In this document: positions 51,490 to 63,340 of the stretch, one piece after another
Numbering within the stretch: the stretch's first letter is position 1
Layout: every line of letters starts with the position of its first letter
Assembly (NCBI GenBank): GCA_013239625.1
Contig: MU054117.1
Location: forward strand, 932,001-996,000
Direction of reading: 5' to 3'
Origin: Lama guanicoe
Taxonomy: Eukaryota
Length of the DNA: 64,000 nucleotides
The notes under the pieces: model-generated
Told to the model about the DNA's origin: nothing
The model's database searches: none
What the model saw: only the letters and a program-made list of their open reading frames with translations
Position numbers and translations under genes: made by a program

Positions 51490-54400
51490 TCAAGAATAAA
51501 GAGAAATGAGGAAAAAGATTGCCTGGAGACTACACAACATACTACTACAAAACCAGTGGGTCGGTGATGAAATCAAAGAGGAAAATTTAACATGCCTTGA
51601 GACAAACGACAATGAAAACCACACAAAATCTACAGGATGCAGCGAAAGCAGTCCTAGGAGGGAGCTTCACAGCAACACAGGCCTTCTCAGAAAATGAGGA
51701 GAGTCTCAAACAACCTAACCTACCACCGAGAAGAATTAGAAAACAAAGAACAAGCAAAACTTAGAGTCAGCACAGAGAAAGGAATCATAAAGGTCAGAGA
51801 GGAAATAAATAGAGATTAAGAAAACAATAGAAAAAAATCAATAAAAACCAAGAGCTGGTTTTTTGAAAGGGTGAACAAAACCAACAAAGCCCTGGTGAGG
51901 CTCACCAAGAAGGAAAGCAAGAGGAGCCAAAGACACAAAATGAGAACTGAAAGAGGAGAAATAACAACTGGTAACCCAGATATACCAAAAAAACCCATAA
52001 GACAATACTATGAACAATTACATGCCAACAAATTGGACAACCAAGAAGAAATGGACAGGTTTCTAGAAACATCCAGTCCACAGACCCATCACTAGAAGTG
52101 AAAGAAGGTCTATTATTAAAAAAAACAAAAACAAAAACAAAAACAAAAAACTCCCACTGAACAAAAGGTTTTTGCAAGACCAGATGGCTTCACCGGGGAA
52201 TTCTACCAAACATACAAAGAACTTATACTGATCCTTCTCAAACTCTTCCAAAAGATTGAAGAGGAGGTGACACCCCCAAACTCATTCTATGAAGCCACCA
52301 TCACCCTGATACCAAAACCAGACAAAGACACCACCAAAAAGGAAAATTACAGGCCAATATCTTTGATGAATATAGATGAAAAAATTATCAACAAAATATT
52401 AGCAAACCGAATCCAACAACACATAAAAAAGATCATACACCATGATCAACTTGGATTCATCCCAGGGTCAGAAGGAGGATTCAACATATGCAAATCAATC
52501 AACGTGATACACTATACACTAAAGAAAGGACAAAAAGTGCATGATCACCTCAATAGATGCAGAAAAGCATCTGATAAAATTCAACACACATTCATGATTA
52601 AAAAAGAAAACCCTCACCACATTGGGTGTAGAGGAAACATATCTCAACATAATAAAAGCTATTTACAACAAACCTTCAGCCAATGGAATACTCAGTGGTG
52701 AAAAGCTGGAAGCCTTCTGCTGAAATCTGGGGCAAGACACGGCTGCCACGCTCACCACTTCTATTCAGCACAGCACAGGAAGTCCCAGCCGCAGCAATCA
52801 GGCAAGAAAAAGGAATGAAAGGGATCCAAACTGGAAGAGGAGAGGCAGGACTGTCGCCATATGCAGATGACATGATACTATGTGTGGAAAACCCTGAAGA
52901 CTCCACACAAAAGTCACTAGAGCTGATGGACGAATTCAGCAAGGTAGCAGGATACAAGATTAACATACAGAAATGTGTTGCATTTCTTTACACTAACAAT
53001 AAAATGTCAGCAAAGGAAAGTAAAAAACCAATTCCTCTTGAAATCACATCCAAAAAATACTTAGGAACGTACCTGAGCAAGGAAGTGAGAGACTTATAAG
53101 CGGAGAACTGTCAAACACTGACAAAGGAAACTGAAGATGACTCAAAGAAATGCAAAGATTTCCCATGCTCTTGGACTGGAAGAATCCATATTGTTAAAAT
53201 GGCCACACTGCCCAAAGCAATCTACAGATTTAACGTGATCTCTATCAAATTACCCATGACGTTTTTCACAGAACTAGAACAAATAATCCTAGAATTTATA
53301 TGGAACCACAAAAGGCCCAGAACTGCCAAAGCAATGCTGAAGGAAAAGAGCAAAGCTGGAGGCATAAGCCCCCCAGACTTCAGACAGCACTACAGAGCTA
53401 CAGTCATCAAAGCAGTGTGGTCCTGGCACAAAAACAGACCTATCGATCAATGAAACAGAATAGAGAGCCCAGAAATAAACCCACAGACTTACAGTCAATT
53501 AATCTTCGACAAAGGAGGCAAGAATATACTATGGAGAAAAGACAATCTCTTCAGCAAGTGGTGCTGGGAAAGCTGGACAGCAGCATGCAAATCAATGAAG
53601 CTAGAACACTCCCTCACTCCATACACAAAAATAAACTCAGAATGGCTTAAAGACTTTAGTACAAGACACCATAAATCTCCTAGAGGAGAACATAGGCAAA
53701 ACATTCTCTGACATAAATTGTAGCAAAGTTATCTTAGGCCAGGCTCCCAAGGCAATAGAAATAAAAGCAAAAATAAACAAATGGGACCTAATCAAACTTA
53801 AACGCTTTTGCACAGCAAAGGAAACCATAAACAAATGAAAAGACAACATACGGACTGGGAGAAAATATTTGCAAATGATGCAACTGACAAGGGCTTAATT
53901 TTCAAAATATACAAAAAGCTGATACAACTTAATAACAAAAAAGCAAAAACCCAATCAAAAAATGGGCAGAAGACCTAAATAGACATCTCTCCCAAAAAGG
54001 CATCCAAATGGCCAACAGGCACATGAAAAGATGCTTAAAATTGATAATTATCAGAGAAATGCAAATCAAAACTACAATGAGGCATCATCTCACACCAGTC
54101 AGAATGGCCATCATTAAAAAGTTCACAAACCATAAATGCTGGAGAGGGTGTGGAGAAAAGGGACCCCTCCTACACTGCTGGTGAGAAATGTAATTTGGTG
54201 CAGCCACTGTGAAAAACAGTATGGAGATTCCCCAAAAAACTAAAAAAACAGAGTTACCCTATAATCCAGCAATCCCACTCCTGGGCATGTATCCAGAAGG
54301 AACTCTAATTCAAAAAGACACCTGCACCCCAATGTTCATAGCAGCACCATTTACAATAGCCAAGATATGGAAACAATATAAGTGTCTATCAACAGATGAC

Positions 54401-54862
54401 TGGATAAAGACGATGTGGTATATTTATACAATGGAATACTACTCAGCCATAAAAAAGAACGAAATAATGCCATTTGTAGCAACATGGATGGACCCAGAGA
54501 TAATCATATTAAATAAAATCAGACAGAGAAAGATAACTATCATTTGATATCACTTATATGTGGAGTCTAAAAAGAATGATACAGAGGAACTTACTTACAA
54601 AACAGAAAGAGACTCAGACATAGAAAACAAACTTACGGTAACTGGGGGGAAAGGAAGCGGGAGGGATAAATCAGGAGTTTGGTGTTAGCAGATACACACT
54701 GCTATATATAAAACAGATTAACAACAAGGTTCTGCTCTACAGCACAGGGAACTATATTTGATAACTTATAATAACCTATCATGAAAAAGTGTATATATAT
54801 ATATATGTAACTGATCACTTTGCTGCACACCAGAAACTAACCAAATATTATAAATCAGCCAT
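51490..54862 (+). mobile_element. 5'-truncated, decayed LINE-1 (ORF2 from the end of the endonuclease domain through RT and Cys domain, plus 3' UTR), artiodactyl/camelid type
   Basis: ORF fragments [54 protein letters not shown] (52860-52880), [31 protein letters not shown]...WYIYTMEYYSAIKKNEIMPFVATWMD; many frameshifts and stops; typical 3' UTR ending. Confidence 0.97.
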
Positions 54863-55787
54863 CTACAACCAGCTCCATAAAAGAAGAATGCCGGTCAGCA
54901 GACAGCAGGCCCCCCGCAATGCCTGATGATCCGAGTGACAAAAGCAAGGGAAGCGCTGCAGGCGAGCATCCACCTGCGCGGAGGATTAAGATTCCTCGCG
55001 TGCCTAGCCAACAACGCACGCTTTCTCTTTGGCTCCTGAGAGCTGGAGGAGGCGCGGGTATCGAGTGAGCGGCAGGGTAACCTGTCCCGCGACAGGGCCC
55101 AGGCACTGGCCGAGCCGCGCACAGACCAGGCCGGGCCCGGGGGGCGGAGCTGAGCGGCCCGGGGCTGCCCCCCACCAGAGGCCGCGGGGAACCCGCCCCC
55201 GAGGGAGGTGACTCACAGCCGGCCGCGGCTGGCTCCGACGCACGCATTCCAAAGGTAGCAGATGAGAGTGTTTTTTCAAAACTGAAGAAGCAGCGAACTC
55301 TGTCTCCAGCATCCTCTCGCTTCCTGTGGGGGCCTTTGTCTCTGCTCCGGGCAGACTCCGCTCCTGGGACCCCCCGCGTCCTCGCCGCACACCGTCCTGT
55401 CTGGAGAGGCTTCCCCCTCGGGCCACTGAGGAGTGGCCTGGAAGTGGCCTGAGGCAGTCCCCTTCCTGGGGGCCCGCCCTAAACGTAGCAAAGGGTGGGG
55501 TGCCCAGTGGGCTAGGGCCCAACGGCGGCAGCACCCACAGACGGGACCGTCCCTGCTCTGCAGCGGCTCCAAAAGGCGCAGCTTTGAGTGGCCACAGCCC
55601 CCCAGCTGCCCCCTCCTCCCCAGGCCCCGCCCTGGGTCACCCGGGAAAGAGGCCTCCTGGGCTGGGTCTGTGGGCAGCTCTGCAGACCTCAGCGACAAGC
55701 TTGCCACCCAGCAGAGCACTGTCGTTCCCAGAGTACTGAGCTGCAAGGGACACCCGGGCAGCACTTTTTTAAACTCTTTGTAAAATG

Positions 55788-55905
55788 TATTTTATTTTAC
55801 TTTTTTATTTGGGGGGTAGTTAGGGTTACTGACTTGTTTATTACTGAACTCGGGACCTCGTGCAGGCCGAGCACGCGCTCTGCCGCCTGAGCTACACCCT
55901 CCCCC
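55788..55905 (-). mobile_element. Diverged Vic-1-type SINE with internal deletion
   Basis: Minus strand GGGGGAGGGTGTAGCTCAGGCGGCAGAGCGCGTGCTCGGCCTGCACGAGGTCCCGAGTTCA...CCCTAACTACCCCCC + A-rich tail; aligns by eye to the 50.8-kb copy. Confidence 0.75.
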
Positions 55906-56149
55906 GGCGGCGCTCTCAGCTTGAGAAGCCCTGGCTTTCAGGGCTGGAGTTGTCCTTGGGAACCATCCTTCACTCAACCCCCGTGTTTACCCATGGGGAA
56001 AATAAACCCCAGAGAAGGGTGTTGAGACAAAATCGGTGATTCCCAAGGCAGCACAAGTAGGACCAGAACCCGCCCACCCCCCACCCCCAAGCAGAAGACC
56101 CAGGACGGCTACCCACAAGGAGCGAGGCCTCAATCACAACCACAGAGCT

Positions 56150-56325
56150 TCAGAGGCGGCGGGAAGAACTCGCTGCTAATGAAGATGATTAAATACTGGA
56201 GCAGACAGCCACGGGGATTGTGAAATCGTCCTCCCTGGAGATCTTTTAAAATAGGACAGCTAACCATCTGTCTGAGATGCTTTAAGTACAGTCCTGCCTC
56301 GGAGGTAGGACAGCCATGGACAATC
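56150..56325 (+). mobile_element. CR1/L3 3'-end fragment
   Basis: gattaaatactggagcag...gattgtgaaatcgtcctccctggagatcttttaaaataggacagctaaccatctgtctgagatgctttaagtacagtcctgcct resembles the CR1 terminal region. Confidence 0.65.
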
Positions 56326-57604
56326 CCCCCCCCCCGCCGCCACATCTCGGGGTTCTGCGATCACACCTGATGTAGGTGCACCGCGGGGCCCCCAGGTGGG
56401 TCTGGGCTGCCTCCCCCACTGGGACTCAGCCGCCAGGGCTGCTGAGAGGGTGGGAGGCCACCGAGCTCTGCTTGGACAGGGGTGGGAGGGGTCGGCACCC
56501 GCACGGAGCAGAGGTGTCTGCTTCCCAGGGTGCCCTCCCCTGCCCGCGCCTCCCTGCCTCGGGAGCCCAGGGCACTGCAGCCCATGCCAGCAGGACCAGG
56601 GGACTCCAAGAAACGCAGAGTCACAGCAGCAAGTGACAAAGTGCAACCCCGCCCTCAGAAGAGAGAACTGTCCCCTGTTTCTTCTCAAACATTCACAGCA
56701 GCTCCAGTCTTGTGAGATTGCAGCTCCCTTCCAGGACCTCGGGGCGGGGCGGGTGTTGGGAGCATCCAGACACATTGCCCTGGGAGACAGGAGCCTCCGG
56801 GCAGAGGACACACCACCCGCGGGGCCAGGGCCGGGGGCCCCCACCCCACAGAGGTGCCCAGACCTTCCTGTGCCAGCGGGCAGCCCTGGCACCCAGAGGC
56901 CCGACTGGGCAGCTGGGGGGCCTCTGACTGGCACCCCCAGGGCTTTTCCTCAGGCTGTCCCCCTCCTGGGGGCCCTGTCCTTCTCCCAGTTCTCACCCCA
57001 TCTCCACGAAGCTGGACTGGCTGTCCCCCAGCACCATGTCTCCCTAATAATTCTTACGCAGAGAATTAAAACCACCTGTTAACACGTTGCTCGGCCTTGC
57101 AGGTCCACAGACTCCTTGAGGGCAGGAGGGTCACTTCCCAGTGTCTACCCAGGGCCCGCTCAGAGCAGGCAGCCAGGAGGGTGCCGGCTGAGTGAGAGAG
57201 TGAGCGGGGCCTCCAGGCTACGGTCACGCTGGATGGCGCAGCACGCCCTGGAGTGCTTCTGAAGGGATTGGATGTGGGCCCACTGCTTCCTCTGACTTCC
57301 TCCCAGCTTGTGTGTGGGGGTTCACTCTGCATCGAGCAGTGACACAGGGAGCTCCCTGGGGGCATCTGGTGGCCCCTCTTGTCACAGTGAACAACCCCAC
57401 GGCACCCCCAACCTCGGCACCTGGGCCTGGAGGCCGCTGAGGGGCGGGACCCTGGCCAGGAGCCAGGTCTCCGTCGTGCTGAGGTCAGGCTGCTCCCTCG
57501 ATGTCTCCCTGTGGTTCCAACCCAGTCCTGCGGCTTCACACGGCAGATGCGCACCCTCTCCCAGGTTCCGGGGAGACGCAGGGGAGGGAGTGTGGCCCGT
57601 GGAC

Positions 57605-57760
57605 CTGGAAGGACTAGTATGTGAGTCTTCGCTGGGCCATTTGCTAAGTGTGAGTTTGGGGGTGTCACTTAACCTCTCCAGGCTTCAGTTTTGCCATCTG
57701 TGTAATGGGAGTGAGGACCCCCACCCGCCGGGGCTGTTGGGAGGACCATGGTGAGCTGGT
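57605..57760 (+). mobile_element. MIR SINE fragment
   Basis: gtcacttaacctctccaggcttcagttttgccatctgtgtaatgggag. Confidence 0.7.
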
Positions 57761-60700
57761 AAACTTCCAATGTCTGAGACGCAACAGGTAGTCGAGGAGA
57801 GATGCTGCCATTATTAAAGAAACGTTATTAAAATTATACACTTGAAGTCCTCCTCCCGCTCCCTGCGTCTCTTCCTCTCCAGACCAGAACACGAGCTACC
57901 TTCCCACCCTCTGCCACCCCCGCTCACTCCCTGCCCAGGTTCCTCTCAGGACGCGCTACCAGCACTGGCCTGCCGCCCAGGCTGCTGTGACCAGCTCAGT
58001 GCCACGTCACCACCTTTGTTTTGGACACTCTACCTCCGTTAACGGAGCCCCAGGTGGTGCCAGCCTGAGCGGCAGCGGCCTCTGCCGTGGGTCCCGGGCA
58101 GCGCGGCCCAGTCCCCTCATCTCCGTGGTGAGAGGGACGCTGGAGAGTCGACGCTGGGGGTGGCTCTGTGAGGAGGCGCTGGGCCTCGGTGCCATTTTTC
58201 TCATTGTTTTTGTGCGAGATTCCCAGAAGACCTCTGCCCTCAGGATTATAGTAGGAGTCATACTGAGGGCCCTGAAGACAGTGTCCCTATCCCCACAAGG
58301 GCAGTGTGAGACCCTGGAGACATGCAGCACGGGAGGATGAGGGTGAAGCCTGTCTTCTAGGAGAGAAGACAGAGTTAGAAGTTTGTGTTCTGAAGATGTG
58401 AGAGCAGCCTGGTCTGGAGGGGAAGGGCCGGTGCCCGAGCCCCCGTGCACTGCCCCAGGGTGGGTTTGCAGCCCGGAATGCTGCACCTGGGAACGGGCCC
58501 AGGACCCCTGGGACGGGCGTCACGTGGCAGCTGGTCGCGAGCCAGAAAGAGGGTCCAGCCGGAGGCGGCGATGCGGCTCCGCGCGGCGGGGGCGGCTCTG
58601 CCCACCCGTCCCCAGGGTTCCCAGGAAGTCAAGGACGGGGGAGCCCACGCACCCCTCCAGGCCAGCAGGCCACCCCAGGGATGCCTCGGCTGCATCTGCC
58701 GGTGCATTCTCCTCCAGCAACCCCTCCTCAGCTCCAAGCCCTCTTGGTCAGCTTGGCAAGCCCCTCGTGTTCCACAAAGCCGGCCCCCAGAAGCCAACAC
58801 TGTGGAGGAGCTCATGGGGAGGAAGCTTCTCTCTCTCCTGATTCGTGTTATTATTTCCAGCGCGAGGGCTTCAGCAGTTGTGAAATCCGAACCTAGTTCT
58901 ATAAATACCTCTGATTTGAAAAACCACATTCCTTTTCTCGATTTCAAAATCTAAGCCTGAGACGCAGCAGCATCTCGTGGGCACGGACACGGAGAACACA
59001 CGGCACGGCTGTCGGCACCGCCCCAGTGCTCGGTCCGGGATGCAGAGGACGATGAAGGCCACTAACAAGCTCCGCTGAACTGGGTCTCCTTCCACGCGTT
59101 CGGCATAAAGACATCGCGGCCGCAGTGAACAGCAAGCACGCGTAAGGACTGGTCTGGTTCACATCCGAACAGCCACACACGCGGCCGCCCTAACGACACG
59201 GCTGTTTCCAGCGGGCTTCGGTGCCCGTCGCCTGTTCTGAAACGTCAGCCGTCCCCGCTCTGGCTGCCGTTACAGTCAAGATGCATCAGTAGGTTTAGTT
59301 GGTAAAGGAAGGAAAACAAGATGCTAACTCCGTTCTTTAAAATTCCCTTCCAGAGCAGCAGCGCCCGTCCTCAGCGCGTGCCTCCCAGAAGCACGGCTGG
59401 GCCCCAGGGCTGGGGGCGCCCCGAAACATGCCCGGTGACGGGTTGGTGTTCTTGCTGGGAACTGTCTGTGACCCTAGGCCGACAGGGTCATGGCGACAGC
59501 ACCACTCGGACAAAACCTAAACCTGGGAAAGAACTCGGGGTGGGGGTGGGGCACAAGAGTGTTCAAGCTGTGCCCCAGAGCATGTCCTCCGTCTCCAGGT
59601 GCATGGATGCCAGAGGCAGTGCCCCCCACTCACGTCCATGTCAACCCTGCAGCGCAGGGGGGCTCAGACGGGAGCTTGGGGCCACCCCCTTCTGGCCCCC
59701 AAACACACGCGCGCACACACTTACGCAGAAGGAGCAAGCGTTTGCCTTCGGGATGGAAGGTGACACTCACAGTAAGATGGGCAGAGAGCCTCCTCTCCCG
59801 GGCCTGTCATTGTTCAGGACGTCCCAGGAAGGGCTGAGCAGGACTCGAAGCTCTTCAGGGAAACAGAAACGAAAGGCCCCAAGAACCACTGAGCTCTCCC
59901 TGTGCTCTGAGAAAACGCAAGGCAGTGTGAGAACCGCGCACTGCAGGGACGGGTCCGCCTCCGTGGTCCCCGGGGCCCCGGGGGGCAGGAGAGGGCACCA
60001 GGTCAGCGGCACTTTGATGGGGAAACTGACACTGAGACGGAAGAGAAACCAGCTCAAGTTTATTCCAACACGAAGGCCATGTGAAACCAGACAGTAACCG
60101 TCCTCAGCAGGCCCCGTGATGGGCAGCTGCTATTTGGTTAAACCTCTGCCCCTCCTCACCCTGGACAGGGATGCGGGAGCGGGGCAGTGTCCGACCCCAG
60201 CCGGCTGGAGTGCAGCCTCAGATACAGAGCTGACTCTGCCCTGGGCCTGGGTTCCTGCAGCCTCAGCCAGGAAGGGGGGCAGGGGGCCGGCACCTGCCGA
60301 GGCTGGTCCATTGCCGTTGAGTTTCGCAAGGGCAGAGGTCCTGACCCAGGCTGCGCGGCGGGAGCTTAACCGTGGGTGCACAGGACCCGCCCCAGAGGTG
60401 CTGACCCAGCCAGCTGGGCGCACAGCCCGGCATCGGGGTCTTGTCTCCCCCATGGGTTCCCGTGCATCCAGAACCGTGGCTGTGGAAGAAGGCGAGGCAG
60501 GCGAGGGAGAGGCAGAGGCCCTAGCAGACCGACGTTCGGACCTCACTTCCATAGGAAATAGGGTGGGAATGAAAAAGAAACTTTCTCTAGGGCTTGACAG
60601 GGCACCAGGCAGGGGAGGGGACAGGGAGACTGTGTGCTGAGCCCCCTCCTCATACGGCCCCCTCCCCACGCCCAGGGGCCCGGCCCCGCTCTGTGCAGCC

Positions 60701-62449
60701 CAAACCCACCTGCACACCAGGGGCTCAGGGCAGGAGCAGCACCAGCTCCTGGGTTTCCTGGACCGAGACCACCCTGGTGAGGAAGATGGAATCCAGGCTG
60801 GACCCCAGGACGGGGGAGCATCTGGCCCTTTGGCTAGTCCAATTCTGAGGGTGAAGAGAGGGTCTCTTTGGTGGGAGGACGAAGGATGGCCGCGGGCGGG
60901 TCAGCCGCAGGGCTCTAGACGCCTGTGTCACAGCAGAACAAGATCCCCTGTGAGCAGCTCACCTTAGGTGACCTCCAAAAGGTCTGTGCCTCCGTCCCTC
61001 CCTAACGAGGGATGGGATGCACCTCGGAGACCCACTTGCCTTCCAGCAGCGAACACAGACCTGCAGATCCTTGCCTAACACAGGGGCCCACAGGGAAGGT
61101 CAAAGAGGCCGGCACAGAGCTTGCCTCCGCCTCGGGACCTGGAGTCCCGGGCAGTGTCCCCACCCTGCTGTCCTCTGCTGCTGGTCCAGCTGCTACTGAC
61201 CTCACGGCTCGTACAAAGCGCCTCGTCTAACCCTTCCTGCCATGGCTATGCTTGTTCAGGCTCATGGTGCCTGGACATCCAGCACTGCCTGTCCACAGCT
61301 TCGGCCTTGTGGAATGTGCTGGACGCCTGCTCCCATTAGACTGCCGGCTGCCTGCCCGGCCCGGCCCTCGCCCCGTCCAGGCAGCACTGCCGCCACGGCC
61401 CAGGCCCGCGCCCTGGGAAGATGAGCACAGATAACCTCACCAGCACAGCCTGACTCGCACCGTGGGAACCAGGACGCGGGCCCCTGCGTGTGGCCAAGAC
61501 GCAGACCCCCGGGCACGCCCGGGAGCCAGGGGGAACCAGAGCTTACAACCAACCACGTGGCGTCAGGGAGGGAAGACGCCGCTGTCCTCGCCACAGCCCA
61601 AATAAAGACGGAACCCGTAAATTTGGCTCTAAAAATACGTTTTTGGCAAAATAATCTGTGGAGCTCTTGGTTTGTGAGAGTAAGGAAATTTTTTTAATCT
61701 ATGTTGGGCAAGATTTTATCTTGACAATGTTCCTTTAACTGATGTGAAATGTGGAGAAATTGACTGTAATTGATTCCAAGGAAGGATGCCAGAGACTCCC
61801 CAGCACCAGATCCAAGCTTAGAGCAGGACTCACTGGGCCTGATGCGTGTGAGGATGGCACTTTTCCTAATCTGCCCTCCACGTCTCAGACGTTCATTCTC
61901 GCAGACCAGGAGCTCTCCCGTTAACAACCGGGTCACCCCAGCGTCGTGCCCTGATTTGACTCAGCGGCCCCGTAACCTGCCAGGTGAGGGTGTGGCCAGG
62001 ACCTGCCAGCAAGGGCGGGTGACGCCGAGGGGCAGAGGCGGCGCTGGCGCAGGTGAGACTCTCCACTACCAGGTGGGCCTGTGCAAAACCCGGGGCCACC
62101 CAGGGGCTGAACTGTCCCCTCCCTTCGCCTGCTGTGGCTGTCAGCCCAGCGCCCCGCGTTCACTGAGGCCCGGGCACCAGCAGGGGCCCGTTGGGCTGGG
62201 CTCCCCCTACTCTTGGTCTCCTGTCCCGAGAAGCTGGGGACGCGTGTGTCGCAAGGAAAGGGCCACAGCAGAGCCAGTTATCCCTGACCCACATGTGGAG
62301 GGGAAGGAGACAGAAAGCTCTGTGACGGTCAGTTGGCCCCAGTTCAGGGGGGGCAGGGAGCCAGGGAGGCAAGGGATGGATTCTTTAACCGAAAGGCAAC
62401 ATAAAGATCATAAAAAGAACCAAAGAGCTGGTCTGAGCTGCAGTGTGGG

Positions 62450-62715
62450 TGGACACAGTGCTCAGCGAACAAGCCAGACACAGAAGTTCTCCCACCGAAG
62501 GGTCTGCTGTGTGAAAAGTCCAGAAGAGGTCAGGGTGGTGGCTGATGGGGGTGGAGAGGGGCTGCTGCGGGCACAGGGTCTCCTCCAGGAGGGGCCAGAG
62601 TGCCTTGGGTCTGCAGAGAAGTGACAGGCACACAGCGCGGTGAGTGTCCTTAGTGCTGCAGAACCGGACGCTGAAACCGGCTGATTTCATGTCAAGGGAA
62701 TCTCACTTCAGTGAA
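62450..62715 (+). mobile_element. Old L1M 3' UTR fragment
   Basis: gctcagcgaacaagccagacacagaa...gcacagggtctcctcc...ggtgagtgtccttagtgctgcagaac. Confidence 0.55.
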
Positions 62716-63034
62716 GAAATGCTTCAAAGGCAACATGAACCAGAAGTGGTTTCGGGATGGACTGTGGCCCCGCGGGGCTGTGGGAGGCGTGTCAGATTCC
62801 CACTCTCCATTTGGAAAATCCGCTAAGGCTGAGCAGGGCATCCCCCAGCTCGGGGACATAAGGCAACGGCCTGGGACCCTGCCCCTCCCACCACACGGTA
62901 ACCGCTTTACCAGACACGGGGTCGGCCTCAGCCGCCGTTTACAGAACCCACAGGCTACAGTGCGTCCAAGGGCGAGTCCCAGAGAGCCAGGCTGTGGAAC
63001 GCCTGACAATACACTTTTATTTTCATTTATGTAT

Positions 63035-63340
63035 GTACGCATTTTTTGTTTGCGGTGTGGCGGGTTTATAGCCTGTCAGTCTCTGTCGCACAGCAGCAGG
63101 ACTCAGCCCGGCATGCGTATTCTCTTCCATCCATTCTAGGTCACTGCGAGGTACCGCATCCAGCTCCCTGTGCTGTGCAGCAGGAGTATGCGTGTGTTGT
63201 TTATGCATTTTACATGTGACAGTGCCTGCAGATCCCCAGCTCCCGGTTTACCCCCCACCCCTTCATCTCCCCCGGTAACCACAAGTTTGTTTTCTGTCTG
63301 TGACTCCGTCTGTCTGTCTGATACGAACTTTTACACACAG
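63035..63340 (-). mobile_element. L1 3' UTR fragment, artiodactyl type, GC-shifted
   Basis: cagctccctgtgctgtgcagcagg...ggtaaccacaagtttgttttctgtctgtgactccgtc is the reverse complement of the same 3' UTR seen at 13.3, 27.9 and 54.6 kb. Confidence 0.75.

Noticed and set aside
52267..53099. Active reverse transcriptase gene
   Set aside because: L1 ORF2 is 5'-truncated and broken by multiple frameshifts and stops; it is a dead copy
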